NCBI GenBank assembly: GCA_022710775.1
Contig: JAKLGH010000001.1
Location: forward strand, 69,824 to 133,823
Direction of reading: 5' to 3'
DNA from: Patescibacteria group bacterium
GTDB taxonomy: Bacteria > Patescibacteriota > Minisyncoccia > Minisyncoccales > UBA5738
Length of the DNA stretch: 64,000 nt
The notes beneath the pieces are model-generated. The model ran no database searches and was not told where the DNA came from. It worked only from the letters and a program-made list of their open reading frames with translations. Of the stretch, positions 28,488 to 37,887 are shown one piece after another. Position 1 is the stretch's first letter, and the number at the start of each line of letters is the position of its first letter. A program made the position numbers and the translations under genes.

Positions 28488-29726
28488 TTACTTTTTGAGA
28501 TCTTCTTCGATCTTGGCTAAACGATTGTATTTAGCCAGCCTTTCTCCTCTGGCCGGAGCGCCGGTTTTAATGTAATCAGCCCCGATGCCGCAGGCGAAAT
28601 CGGCTATGAAATCGTCGTTTGTCTCGCCGGATCGGTGGGAAACCATGATTTTCCAGCCGTAACTTCTCGCCAGCGCCGAGGCTTCCAGCGATTCGGATAC
28701 CGTCCCGATCTGGTTAATCTTTAAAATCATCGCGTTACAAGCGTCTTTTTCCTTGGCAATTTTCATCATTTTGGAATTAGTAACCAGCAAATCATCGCCG
28801 ATCACGATGACCTCCGGCTTAAAAGCCGACCATGACGGATAATCCGCTTCGGCGAACGGGTCTTCTATGCCTTCGATCGGGTATTTGGCGATCAGCTGTT
28901 TGTAGTAATCGCCCAACGCCGCGCCGGAAAAATTTCCTATCTTCATTTGATAGGAGTTATCTTTATAAAATTGTGTTGCGGCTACATCCAGAATGATCTT
29001 GATTTGATCCGTGTATCCGCGATTGGCTGCAGCCTCCATGACCAAGCTCAAGGCTTCATCCGCATCCGATATCGACGGCGCGAACCCCCCCTCATCGCCC
29101 AGATTTCCGGAAAGACGGCCGTACTTTTTTACCAGCAATGACTTTAATTCGTGATAGATCTCGGAAGCCATCCGCAAATTTTCTTGAAAACTCCCGCTTT
29201 GGGGAACCAGCATAAATTCCTGAACGTCCAGATCGTTTCCGGCATGCGCGCCACCGTTAATGATATTGAAACCGGCCTTGGGCACTTTGATAGCAGGATT
29301 CTTCGCCAAACCGGCGACATAATAATAAAGCGGCTGGTTTGAGGCCACGGCGGCGGCGCGCGCCACCGCCAGCGATACGCCGCATGTCGCGTTGGCGCCG
29401 AGCCTTCCCTTATTTTCGGTGCCATCGAGCTTTATCATCAAATCATCGATCTCTTTTTGGTTTTTAGCGTCTTTGCCGACAAGCGAAGGCGCAATAATTT
29501 CGTTTACGTTCTTCACGGCTTGCAATACGCCTTTACCATGATAGCGCTCTCCGCCGTCGCGCAATTCGACCGCTTCATTGGTGCCGGTGGACGCTCCCGA
29601 AGGAACGGCAGCCGAAACCCAAATCCCTTCGGTTTCGATCAACACCTCGACAGTCGGATTTCCGCGGGAATCGAGGATTTCCCGGGCTTTTATTTTCTTG
29701 ATTTTAGTCGGACGATTTAGGAACAT
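28488..29726 (-). CDS. eno: enolase
   Basis: [18 protein letters not shown].., [15 protein letters not shown], and the tail [32 protein letters not shown]. The ATG at 29726 ([20 protein letters not shown]) is preferred over the track start at 29780, which overlaps trxB. Confidence 0.95.
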   Translation of the reverse strand: MFLNRPTKIKKIKAREILDSRGNPTVEVLIETEGIWVSAAVPSGASTGTNEAVELRDGGERYHGKGVLQAVKNVNEIIAPSLVGKDAKNQKEIDDLMIKLDGTENKGRLGANATCGVSLAVARAAAVASNQPLYYYVAGLAKNPAIKVPKAGFNIINGGAHAGNDLDVQEFMLVPQSGSFQENLRMASEIYHELKSLLVKKYGRLSGNLGDEGGFAPSISDADEALSLVMEAAANRGYTDQIKIILDVAATQFYKDNSYQMKIGNFSGAALGDYYKQLIAKYPIEGIEDPFAEADYPSWSAFKPEVIVIGDDLLVTNSKMMKIAKEKDACNAMILKINQIGTVSESLEASALARSYGWKIMVSHRSGETNDDFIADFACGIGADYIKTGAPARGERLAKYNRLAKIEEDLKK

Positions 29727-30684
29727 TTTTTTTGGCGGAACGGACCGGCTTGGCTTTGGGCGCCGCCGCCAATCCTCCATCCCGGAAATGCTCCGAAATC
29801 GAAAGGACGGCTTTTGCGCCTTCGCCGCAAGCGATCACGATCTGTTTATATTTTATCGAACTTACATCCCCGGCCGCGAACAAACCCGGAGTTTTGGTCT
29901 GGAAGGTGTTGGCATCGTATTTGATCTCGCCGGCTTCGTTCAGCTCGGCCAACATTCCGGCGATCAATGATGCTGGTTTATAGCCAATCTTGACAAACAC
30001 TCCTTCAGCGTCAATCGTGCTTTCCGTTCCGCTTTTCTGATCCAAATACTGAATCCCGGTAACAAATTTATTGCCCAAGATCCGCAAAACTTTAGCATTG
30101 GCAATAACCACTATCTTTTTTGTCGCTTTCGCCTGATCCTGGATCTCGGCTGAGGCTCTTACCCGGTCGGAAGCTTCCAGAATATAGATCTTGGCCGCGA
30201 ACCTCGACAAAAAAAGCGCCGATTCAAAAGCCGAATTTCCGCCGCCCACAACCGCGACCGTGCGGGAAGCAAAAAGCGGGCCGTCGCAAGTGGCGCAATA
30301 GCCAACCCCGCGGCCGATGAATTCCTTTTCCCCCGGAACGCCTAAAAATCTCGGATCGGCACCCGTGGCCAGTAAAACCGCTTTTGATTCATATCGGTTT
30401 TTTTCGGTCTCAACCGAAAAACCTGTTCTCTTCTTGGAAATTTTTACGACATTCTCCATTTCTATACCTACGTCCAGCGATCTGGCATGGTCGCGGAATT
30501 TAGCGATCAAATCCTGGGCTGAAATCCTGCCCATGCCCGGAAAGTTATCGATCTCGACTTCTTTTCTGGCCATTTGTCCGCCGAATTCCCGCGTCAGCAG
30601 CAAAGTGTCCAATTTTTCCCGCTTAGCATAAATAGCCGCCGTCATTCCGGCTGGCCCGCCTCCGATAATGATAAGGTCGCGCAT
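29704..30684 (-). CDS. trxB: thioredoxin-disulfide reductase (low-Mr type) with a basic C-terminal extension
   Basis: DLIIIGGGPAGMTAAIYA (FAD site), the redox-active CATC in GVGYCATCDGPLF, VVGGGNSAFE (NADPH site), and FAAGDV. The ATG at 30684 (MRDLIIIGGG) is preferred, because the track N-terminal extension to 30795 is translated through repeat copy D. Confidence 0.9.
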   Translation of the reverse strand: MRDLIIIGGGPAGMTAAIYAKREKLDTLLLTREFGGQMARKEVEIDNFPGMGRISAQDLIAKFRDHARSLDVGIEMENVVKISKKRTGFSVETEKNRYESKAVLLATGADPRFLGVPGEKEFIGRGVGYCATCDGPLFASRTVAVVGGGNSAFESALFLSRFAAKIYILEASDRVRASAEIQDQAKATKKIVVIANAKVLRILGNKFVTGIQYLDQKSGTESTIDAEGVFVKIGYKPASLIAGMLAELNEAGEIKYDANTFQTKTPGLFAAGDVSSIKYKQIVIACGEGAKAVLSISEHFRDGGLAAAPKAKPVRSAKKNVPKSSD

Positions 30685-30687
30685 ATT

Positions 30688-30803
30688 GAATTTATATTTT
30701 TCATAGGAATTTCGCCTCCCGGGGTAAGAACCCTGGGGCGGCGACCAAAGGATGTTTCCTTTGGAATCCTCATTAATTTGTTCCCCGGAGTCCACAAATT
30801 AAT
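30688..30803 (-). repeat. GC-rich structured intergenic element, copy D (short deletion variant), 5' of trxB
   Basis: Shares both ends and the core with the long copies: GAATTTATATTTTTCATAGGAATTTCGCCTCCCGGGGTA..GATGTTTCCT..CACAAATTAAT. It lacks three internal segments. It fills the whole gap between the nnrD-like stop (30803) and the trxB ATG (30684). Confidence 0.85.
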
Positions 30804-31714
30804 TAATATTTAATTTTAGGGATAATCTGGGCGATTTCATCGATCAAATCGGTCGCGCACATAGACTCGCCGTGTTTGGCGCCCGCAATCTCTCCGGCCG
30901 CCCCGTTGATATAAGCAGCCGCAATGCCAACCGTAAACGGATCGACTCCTCGCGCCATCAGCGCTCCGGCAATTCCCGCCAAAGTATCTCCCAAGCCGCC
31001 CTTGGTCATCAAAGCGTTGCCGGTATGTCCAAGCATCGTCCGTTTTCCATCCGAAAGAATGTCTACCTTGCCTTTCAGGACAATCGTGGTTTGCAGGCGA
31101 GCCGCTTCGTTAAGCACCAGCTCCGTTTTTTGCTCCAAGGTCAAACCGTCGGTTTTTTTACCCGTTAAGACAAAAAATTCGTAGGCATGCGGAGTAAGCA
31201 GGATCGATTTCCCGATAATGACCGGCAGGTTTCCCTCCAGGGCATAAATTCCCTCGGCATCTACGACCGTCGGCACGTTCACTTGCGACAGATACGCTGC
31301 CACCGCTTCCTTTGTTTCCGGCGACCGGCTGATCCCGCCTCCGATCAGCACAGCGCATTTTCCGCGCGAAACCGCTTCCAAAACATTGGTTTCCTCGATC
31401 AGCGTGTCTACGTGCCTTTTTTCAATGATCATGCCGTCAAGGGGAACCGTTGAAAGATTGGGAGAATATCCCGCAATGGCATCGCTGGCGCGCTGGGGAG
31501 CGATCACGCGCACCATATCGCAACCGGCGCGCATGGCTGCCATCGCCGAAAGGTAAGACGCCCCGCAATAATGATGCGAACCTCCGATCACCAGCAAATA
31601 CCCATAATCGTATTTCCGGCTATCAGGATCCCTTTTTTGGTAAATATCCTTAAGCAGCGATTTGTAACGCGCGTTTGCGTTTTTTTCCGCTCTTTTGTTG
31701 TTTTTTTTATTCAT
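30803..31714 (-). CDS. nnrD: NAD(P)H-hydrate dehydratase (YjeF C-terminal / carbohydrate-kinase family)
   Basis: KYDYGYLLVIGGSHHYCGASYLSAMAAMRAGCDMVRV and TKGGLGDTLAGIAGALMA are signatures of the YjeF_C domain. Confidence 0.85.
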   Translation of the reverse strand: MNKKNNKRAEKNANARYKSLLKDIYQKRDPDSRKYDYGYLLVIGGSHHYCGASYLSAMAAMRAGCDMVRVIAPQRASDAIAGYSPNLSTVPLDGMIIEKRHVDTLIEETNVLEAVSRGKCAVLIGGGISRSPETKEAVAAYLSQVNVPTVVDAEGIYALEGNLPVIIGKSILLTPHAYEFFVLTGKKTDGLTLEQKTELVLNEAARLQTTIVLKGKVDILSDGKRTMLGHTGNALMTKGGLGDTLAGIAGALMARGVDPFTVGIAAAYINGAAGEIAGAKHGESMCATDLIDEIAQIIPKIKY

Positions 31715-31750
31715 TGAAATATTGGCGGCTGAATCCGTCCGGAGCCCGAT

Positions 31751-33439
31751 TCAGACGTCTTTAGGCCGTTTGCGTAAAAAAGCCGGAATATCCCACATTT
31801 TTTCTTTCTCCAGCATTTCTTTTTCTTCCTGCTCCAGATCTTTTTTAACCTGCATGGCATTTTTGCGCACCGGCGGGCCTTCGGCTTCGGACTGTTTCTC
31901 AACCGCCAAAGGAAGAGACGCAAAGAGTTCTTTTATATCGTCGATCTCCGGCTTTGGCTTAACGCCCGCAAGACCGCTTTCCTTTACGCGAACCTTGGTT
32001 TGCGGTTTTTTTTGAGGCTGGGCCGGGGATTTCGGAATTATAGCATTTTTCGTTTTCCTTTTCGGTTTGTCCTGCGCAACCGCTTTCAAAACCTTAGCTG
32101 CCGGTTTTTTCGGTTTTGGCTTTTTTTTTGAATTCTGGCTTTTTTTTTCGGTTTTGGCTTCAACGGGTATTTTTTCCTCATTCCGGCCGTAATCTTTAGG
32201 CACATCCCTTTCCCGCGGTTCGTTTTTCTCTTCATCCTTGGATACGCAGCCAGTGGCCAGAATTGTCACTTTGAAGGTTTTATCGTTATTAACGGGCTGG
32301 GATACGCCAAATATGATCTTGGCATCCTTATGGATTTTCTGCTGGATGCCGTTAAGGATCTGGTTTACTTCCGAGAGTTTAAGGTCTTTTTCCCCGACGA
32401 TGTTTAAAAGAATGCCCTTGGCTCTTTCCACGTTATAAGGAAAAAGCGGCGAGTTCAACACTTCTTCGATCGATTCCAAGCCCGGAGTTTCGGCTTTCTT
32501 AAAATCAACCGAATTCAAAAAAGCCAATTTTCCCTGCCCGGAAAGTATAGTGCGCAGATCGGCAAAATCGATATTGATAAGCCCGGGCTCGTAAATGGTT
32601 TCTATCAATCCTTCCAGTCCGTCGGAAAGGGTTTTATTGATGTAAGACAATGTTTTGGAAAAAGGAGTGGTTTTAGGAACGATTGTGAACACGCGCTCGT
32701 TTGGCAGGATCGTAAGCGCGTTCAGATAAGGCCGCACGCGCTCCAAAGCGGCCGTAGCAATCTCTTTTTTCTTCGCGCCTTCAAAAGCAAACGGCAAAGT
32801 GAATATTCCGAAAGTAAGTATTCCCAGACTCTTGGACACCTGGGCGAAAACCGATGCCGCGCCCGAACCCGCGCCGCCTCCCAGCGATGAAACCAAAATG
32901 ATCAAATCATGGCCTTCGAGCATCTTCTTGATCTTTTCTTTCTCTTCGCGGGCCGCGTCCTCGCCGATCTGCGCGTCCATACCCGTACCCAAACCATGGG
33001 TAAACTTCTCCCCAAATTGGAAAATGGATACTTTATCCGAGATCGCTTTTAAAGCGGCGCTGTCAGTATTGGCAGCGGTAAACGTCGCTTTTTTCACCCG
33101 CGCCGAGATCTCTGAAACTATATTGCATCCGCCGCCGCCGATGCCGATAATCTTGATCTTGGTTTTTCTGATCTCAAATTCCGGTTCTGAAACATCCCGC
33201 ATTGCGTTGCTGATCGTTTTTTCTTCGAGCCGGACCGGCGGCTGGTCCTTGATAATGGAATCAACGGCCGATTTGGCTGCTGGCAAGGTTTTCTTGGCGC
33301 AACTTTTCAAATCGGCGCGAAACGGTTTTGCCGCTATCCTGGTTTTGGCGGCAATAACCTTTTTTTTAATTTTTTTTGCTTTTTCTTTCTTCATTTGATT
33401 GGAAAAAATATTGTGGCCTATCCAACTAAAAACTATCAA
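31751..33439 (-). CDS. ftsZ: cell division protein FtsZ with long basic N- and C-terminal extensions
   Basis: IKIIGIGGGGCNIV, GLGTGMDAQIGEDAA, SSLGGGAGSGAASVFA (tubulin signature), and the C-terminal peptide DIPAFLRKR. About 95 aa precede the GTPase core. A Lys/Pro-rich linker of about 170 aa follows it. The exact start is uncertain. Confidence 0.9.
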   Translation of the reverse strand: MIVFSWIGHNIFSNQMKKEKAKKIKKKVIAAKTRIAAKPFRADLKSCAKKTLPAAKSAVDSIIKDQPPVRLEEKTISNAMRDVSEPEFEIRKTKIKIIGIGGGGCNIVSEISARVKKATFTAANTDSAALKAISDKVSIFQFGEKFTHGLGTGMDAQIGEDAAREEKEKIKKMLEGHDLIILVSSLGGGAGSGAASVFAQVSKSLGILTFGIFTLPFAFEGAKKKEIATAALERVRPYLNALTILPNERVFTIVPKTTPFSKTLSYINKTLSDGLEGLIETIYEPGLINIDFADLRTILSGQGKLAFLNSVDFKKAETPGLESIEEVLNSPLFPYNVERAKGILLNIVGEKDLKLSEVNQILNGIQQKIHKDAKIIFGVSQPVNNDKTFKVTILATGCVSKDEEKNEPRERDVPKDYGRNEEKIPVEAKTEKKSQNSKKKPKPKKPAAKVLKAVAQDKPKRKTKNAIIPKSPAQPQKKPQTKVRVKESGLAGVKPKPEIDDIKELFASLPLAVEKQSEAEGPPVRKNAMQVKKDLEQEEKEMLEKEKMWDIPAFLRKRPKDV

Positions 33440-33510
33440 TTGCCGCGAATCGCTTAATGTTTAAGAATAGCATAAAAGCCGGCGCCTCTCAAATCGAAAT
33501 AATTCCGGAA

Positions 33511-34614
33511 TTACCGCGCGATAAATCCTCCGCCGATCAAGCGGCTGCCTTGGTAGAATACGGCGGACTGGCCGGGCGTTATGGCCGGCTGGGGCCGCGC
33601 GAATTCCAGACAGACCAGGCCTTTTTTCTTTTTTATCAGTCCGGCCGCCGCCTTGGACCGCGAACGGATCTTTACTTTGACCGACAGCGGCAGTTTAGGG
33701 CAGATTCCGGCCGTCCAGTTAAGGCCGCCAAGAATCGCGGTTTTTCCGGACAGATCCGATTTTCTTTTCGAAACGGCCAGTACGTTGGCCTTCGCGTTCT
33801 TTGAAACAACGTAATAAGGGCCGCCGGATAATTTTATGCCTTTGCGCTGGCCGATGGTATAATGCCACAAGCCGTCATGAGTCCCGATCTTTTTGCCAAA
33901 ACTATCCACGATATCCCCAGGCCTGGCCGCCAGCCTTTTGCTCAAAAAAACGTCGGTGCCCGCGGGCGCAAAACATGCTTCCTGGGATTCCGGCGTATCG
34001 CGCGAAGGCAAAGCAAGCTCTTGCGCCGCGGCACGAACTTCGGCTTTGGTAAATTCTCCCAGCGGAAAAATTATTTTGGAAAGCTCCTTCTGGGTCAATT
34101 GCCACAAATAATATGATTGGTCCTTCTCTTTGTCTTTTCCCTTTAAAAGCTCAAAAATCCCATCCTTCCTCAATTTTATCCGGGCATAATGGCCGGTAGC
34201 CGCGCGCGCGGCGCCCAGCTCTTTCGCTTTTTTCAAAAGGCGGCCGAATTTGATGGCCTTATTGCAAACCACGCAGGGATTCGGCGTCAATCCGTTCTGC
34301 GTTCCCTTGAGGAAATCACCGACCACCTTTTTTTTGAACTCGTCCGAAAAATCCAGTACGTGAAAGGGGATACCCAATTTCCCCGCCGTCAGCTCGGCCC
34401 GGCGCCGGGCATCACACATACAGTCTAAATTGGCAGATTGCGCCTCACCCGCGCCAAGATCGTCTACCCAAAATTTCATAAACACTCCGATCACGTCAAA
34501 ACCCGCCTTTTTTAACAAAAAAGCCGCCACCGCGCTATCCACCCCCCCGGATATTGCGCAAAGCACCCGGATTTTTTCATCGGTTTTTTCCATTGCTCCA
34601 TAATAGCTTTTCAC
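33511..34614 (-). CDS. mnmA: tRNA-specific 2-thiouridylase
   Basis: PP-loop IRVLCAISGGVDSAVAAFLLKKAG, TPNPCVVCNKAIKF, and ATGHYAR. Confidence 0.95.
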   Translation of the reverse strand: MKSYYGAMEKTDEKIRVLCAISGGVDSAVAAFLLKKAGFDVIGVFMKFWVDDLGAGEAQSANLDCMCDARRRAELTAGKLGIPFHVLDFSDEFKKKVVGDFLKGTQNGLTPNPCVVCNKAIKFGRLLKKAKELGAARAATGHYARIKLRKDGIFELLKGKDKEKDQSYYLWQLTQKELSKIIFPLGEFTKAEVRAAAQELALPSRDTPESQEACFAPAGTDVFLSKRLAARPGDIVDSFGKKIGTHDGLWHYTIGQRKGIKLSGGPYYVVSKNAKANVLAVSKRKSDLSGKTAILGGLNWTAGICPKLPLSVKVKIRSRSKAAAGLIKKKKGLVCLEFARPQPAITPGQSAVFYQGSRLIGGGFIAR

Positions 34615-34700
34615 GATAAAAAATCAAAATTCACCATATTATCGCGAACAAAAAACCGCAGAAGCAAGTCTCCCGCGGGTTTTTGTTATACGTCTGTCCA

Positions 34701-34799
34701 CTTAACAAACTTAATCAGCTTAATAGGCTTAAAAAACTTAATAGGCTTAATGAGCTTTTCCTGCTGACCAGCTTGATTAACTTACTAAGCTTAGCCAGC
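34701..34799. repeat. 9-nt periodic tandem repeat (CTTAANNNN x6, then 5 degenerate units) in the ppiB-mnmA intergenic region
   Basis: Read in 9-mers from 34701: CTTAACAAA CTTAATCAG CTTAATAGG CTTAAAAAA CTTAATAGG CTTAATGAG CTTTTCCTG CTGACCAGC TTGATTAAC TTACTAAGC TTAGCCAGC. Confidence 0.7.
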
Positions 34800-34824
34800 T
34801 AATTTGCTCTTCTTGCTTTCTTAC

Positions 34825-35550
34825 TTATTTCTCTATTGTTATGCTTTCTATGGCTGGCGGGACCAGGGGACAGTCTTTTTCGTCAACCTGAAGTTCGGCT
34901 ATCTTGTCTACCACCTCGATACCAGAAGTTACTTTTCCAAAGATCACGTAATCGTGAGACAGCGGATAATCCTGGTGCATGATAAAGAATTGGCTCCCGT
35001 TGGTATTGGGACCGGCATTGGCCATTGCCAAAACTCCGCGCGAATAGCTGCCCTCGAATTTCTCATCCGCGAACTGATATCCGGGCCCGCCCGTGCCCCA
35101 GCGCGCCTTCGTCGAATCATCCTTCGTGAGGGGATCCCCGCCCTGGATCATGAATCCTTTGATCACCCGATGGAACTTCACCCCGTTGTAAAAACCAGAT
35201 TCCGCCAATTTAACGAAATTAGCCGCGGTCAAAGGCGTTTTGTCGCCGGTAATTTCCAATTTTATTTCCCCTAAGCTCGTTTTCATGGTTGCGTTCATGA
35301 TTTTGTTGTTAATATCGCTTTCCTGCGGCGGTTCTTGCTTGGCCGTATCGGCCGGAGCCTGCGGAGGAACAGACGCTTCTTTTGCAGTTTTATCTTCCTC
35401 GTTTAAAAATTCCTTTTTCACCACGTCTTCCGGAGAATTTCCGCCCTCCGGCGCGACAAAAGGCTGTTTTTGATTTCCGGAAAAGGCCCAAATCCCAAGG
35501 CCGATAAATACAATTATAAGCGCGCCAATAATCGCATTGTTCTGGTTCAT
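34825..35550 (-). CDS. ppiB: cyclophilin-type peptidyl-prolyl cis-trans isomerase, membrane-anchored
   Basis: TPLTAANFVKLAESGFYNGVKFHRVIKGFMIQGGDP and GVLAMANAGPNTNGSQFFI, with an N-terminal TM (AIIGALIIVFIGLGIWAF). The ATG at 35550 is preferred over 35652, which overlaps nifU. Confidence 0.9.
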   Translation of the reverse strand: MNQNNAIIGALIIVFIGLGIWAFSGNQKQPFVAPEGGNSPEDVVKKEFLNEEDKTAKEASVPPQAPADTAKQEPPQESDINNKIMNATMKTSLGEIKLEITGDKTPLTAANFVKLAESGFYNGVKFHRVIKGFMIQGGDPLTKDDSTKARWGTGGPGYQFADEKFEGSYSRGVLAMANAGPNTNGSQFFIMHQDYPLSHDYVIFGKVTSGIEVVDKIAELQVDEKDCPLVPPAIESITIEK

Positions 35551-35606
35551 AAGATAGGCATTAATTTGTAATACTATAATTATAGCTTTAAAGGCGGCAA
35601 TTGCAA

Positions 35607-36158
35607 TCACCCGGCGCGCTTGCTTTGGATTTTTTCTTCTATGTCCACCCAATCTTTGTACTTTTCCTCAATGATCTTCTTTTCAGCCGCGATGCGTTGA
35701 TGCTTTTCCTCCAGATCCTTGGGAATAACGCGTTCCTTTTTTTGGTAATAATCATAGATCGCTTCAGCCAGCGCGTCGGCCGCCAGGACGGAGCAATGCA
35801 ATTTAACGGGGGGAAGCCCGCCCAGTTCTTTGACGATCCCGGCTTTATCGATCTTCAACGCGGCTTCCAAAGTTTTGCCCTTAGCCATATCGGTTATCGC
35901 GCTGGATGTGGCAATGGCCGCCACGCAGCCGAAAGTCTCGAATTTGATGTCCTGCACGATCTCTTTCTTCGCCGCATTCCTGCCGATCTTGACATAAAGC
36001 CACATCACGTCGCCGCAAACGATATTACCGACCTTGCCAACGCCGTCGGGATTTTCCATTTTCCCGTAATTATGCGGAGTTTGGAAATGCCGGATGACCT
36101 TGTCGGTATAGGCGCCGCCGGTCTGGGCGGGGCATAGCTTACGAGTTGGTTTCTTCAC
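35607..36158 (-). CDS. iscU: IscU/NifU-like Fe-S cluster scaffold protein
   Basis: NPDGVGKVGNIVCGDVMWLYVKI, IKFETFGCVAAIATSS and LPPVKLHCSVLAADAL supply the three conserved scaffold Cys. It overlaps the nifS stop by 20 nt. Confidence 0.9.
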   Translation of the reverse strand: MKKPTRKLCPAQTGGAYTDKVIRHFQTPHNYGKMENPDGVGKVGNIVCGDVMWLYVKIGRNAAKKEIVQDIKFETFGCVAAIATSSAITDMAKGKTLEAALKIDKAGIVKELGGLPPVKLHCSVLAADALAEAIYDYYQKKERVIPKDLEEKHQRIAAEKKIIEEKYKDWVDIEEKIQSKRAG

Positions 36159-37368
36159 TTTTTTTAAAGGGAGAGATTTCTCTCAGCCTTTGGATTATTG
36201 CTGGCAAGGCCTTTAAAACGTAATCAACGTCGGAATCCTTGGAAAAACGTCCCAGGGACAAGCGTAAAGATCCGTGGGCTTCCTGGGGCTTCATGCCCGC
36301 CGCGATCAGGACGTGGCTCGGCGCCAGTTTGGCCGAGGAACACGCTGAACCGGTCGAGGCGGCAATGCCGCGAAGGTCAAGCTGGATGATCAGGGATTCG
36401 CCTTCGATAAACTCGAACCAGACATTCAAAATATTGGGTACGCGTTTTTGCGGATGGCCGTTCAAATGCGAGCCTTCGATGGATTTTAATATGCCCGCCT
36501 GCAGCCGGTCGCGCATTTTTTTCAAGCGGGGCGTTTCTCGCGCCATATTGCGCCTGGCTTCCAGCGCCGCCAGCGCAAAGCCGTAAATAGCTAAAACATT
36601 GCTGGTGCCGGCGCGCAAACCCGATTCTTGGCCGCCTCCATGGATCACAGGATCGATCTTGACTCCTTCGCGGACATACAGCAATGCCGCGCCTTTCGGA
36701 CCATAGATCTTTTGGGAACTCGCCGTAAGCAGGTCGACATTCATTTTTTTGACATTGACCGGGATCTTGCCGAAAGTCTGGGCGGCATCGGTATGGAAAA
36801 GAACGTTCTTTTCGCGGCAGATCTTTCCGATCTCCTCGATCGGCTGAATCGTTCCGATCTCGTTGTTGGCATGCATCACCGAAACCATAACAGTGGACTG
36901 GTTGATGGCGTTGGCCACGTCTTGAGGATTGACCTGCCCGAAGCTGTCCACGCCCAATCTAGTCACTGTGAAGCCCTGGGACTCCAGCCATTTCGCCGAT
37001 TCCATGATACAAGCATGTTCGATCGAGGAAATAATGATGTGGTTGCCTTTGTGTTTGTTGGCGGACGCCACGCCCTTGATCGCCAGATTATTGCTTTCGG
37101 TCGCCGAGGAGGTGAAAAAAACCTCCCGGCTCTGAGCTCCGATCATTTGGGCCAGAATGGCGCGGCTTTCCTCCAAAACTGCTCTCGCGGCCTGGCCGTA
37201 AGAATGAAACGACATTGAATTGGCAAAAACACCGGTTAAGGCCGCATTGACCTTTTTGGCGACCTTGGGATCAACCGGAGTAGCCGCTGCGTAATCCATA
37301 TAAACGCGGCGGACAGAATTTTTTGCTTTTTTAGTTGTTTTTTTTACCATGTGGTTGCCAATGATCAT
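36139..37368 (-). CDS. iscS: cysteine desulfurase (NifS/IscS family)
   Basis: VYMDYAAATPVDP, SSIEHACI, SSQKIYGPKGAALLY (PLP Lys), and STGSACSS (catalytic Cys loop). Confidence 0.95.
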   Translation of the reverse strand: MIIGNHMVKKTTKKAKNSVRRVYMDYAAATPVDPKVAKKVNAALTGVFANSMSFHSYGQAARAVLEESRAILAQMIGAQSREVFFTSSATESNNLAIKGVASANKHKGNHIIISSIEHACIMESAKWLESQGFTVTRLGVDSFGQVNPQDVANAINQSTVMVSVMHANNEIGTIQPIEEIGKICREKNVLFHTDAAQTFGKIPVNVKKMNVDLLTASSQKIYGPKGAALLYVREGVKIDPVIHGGGQESGLRAGTSNVLAIYGFALAALEARRNMARETPRLKKMRDRLQAGILKSIEGSHLNGHPQKRVPNILNVWFEFIEGESLIIQLDLRGIAASTGSACSSAKLAPSHVLIAAGMKPQEAHGSLRLSLGRFSKDSDVDYVLKALPAIIQRLREISPFKKSEETNS

Positions 37369-37460
37369 TGATCGTTAATCTTTGATCCTTGATCATTAAT
37401 GTTAAACTTATTAATAATAATTTTTAGAATATAATCTTAGAAATAAAATTGGACGCGGGG

Positions 37461-37859
37461 TTAAACTTTGCCTTCAATGATGTCTTTAAGCGTTATCTTG
37501 TCCAGCATCGCATCGATCTTGGCTTGGATCGACTCCCAAGCTCCTTTGGCCACGCAACCGCGGCATTTGGGGCATTTGCCGTCAAGGCACCGCACCAAGG
37601 TTTTTCGGCCTTCCAAAACTCCGATCAAGTCGCCCAAGCGGATGTTGCCGGGGCTTCGGGCCAGGACATATCCGCCGGTTTTGCCTTTTTTGCTGGCCAA
37701 AAAACCGCTTTTTTCAAGCCGGGAAATGATTTTTTCCAGATAGTCGGGGGAAATGTTTTCAGCCGCCGCGATCTCGGCAGCCGGACAAACCTTTTTTTGA
37801 TTTTTGGCCAGATAGGCCATGGCGCGCAGGCCGTATTGCGCTTTGGTCGATATTTTCAT
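37461..37859 (-). CDS. iscR: Rrf2-family transcriptional regulator (IscR-like, Cys-rich)
   Basis: MKISTKAQYGLRAMAYLAKN (Rrf2 wHTH) and the Cys cluster RCLDGKCPKCRGC. First gene of the iscR-nifS-nifU operon. The ATG at 37859 is preferred over the track start at 37880. Confidence 0.85.
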   Translation of the reverse strand: MKISTKAQYGLRAMAYLAKNQKKVCPAAEIAAAENISPDYLEKIISRLEKSGFLASKKGKTGGYVLARSPGNIRLGDLIGVLEGRKTLVRCLDGKCPKCRGCVAKGAWESIQAKIDAMLDKITLKDIIEGKV

Positions 37860-37887
37860 GGATAGGTTTGGCCGGCTCAAACTAATA

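Noticed and set aside
34683-34803. Possible ~40-codon plus-strand ORF (TTG start) reading LNKLNQLNRLKKLNRLNE through the 9-nt repeat
   Set aside because: It has no ATG and no promoter or RBS context, runs opposite to all neighbouring genes, and its Leu-every-third-residue pattern is a by-product of the 9-nt DNA period.
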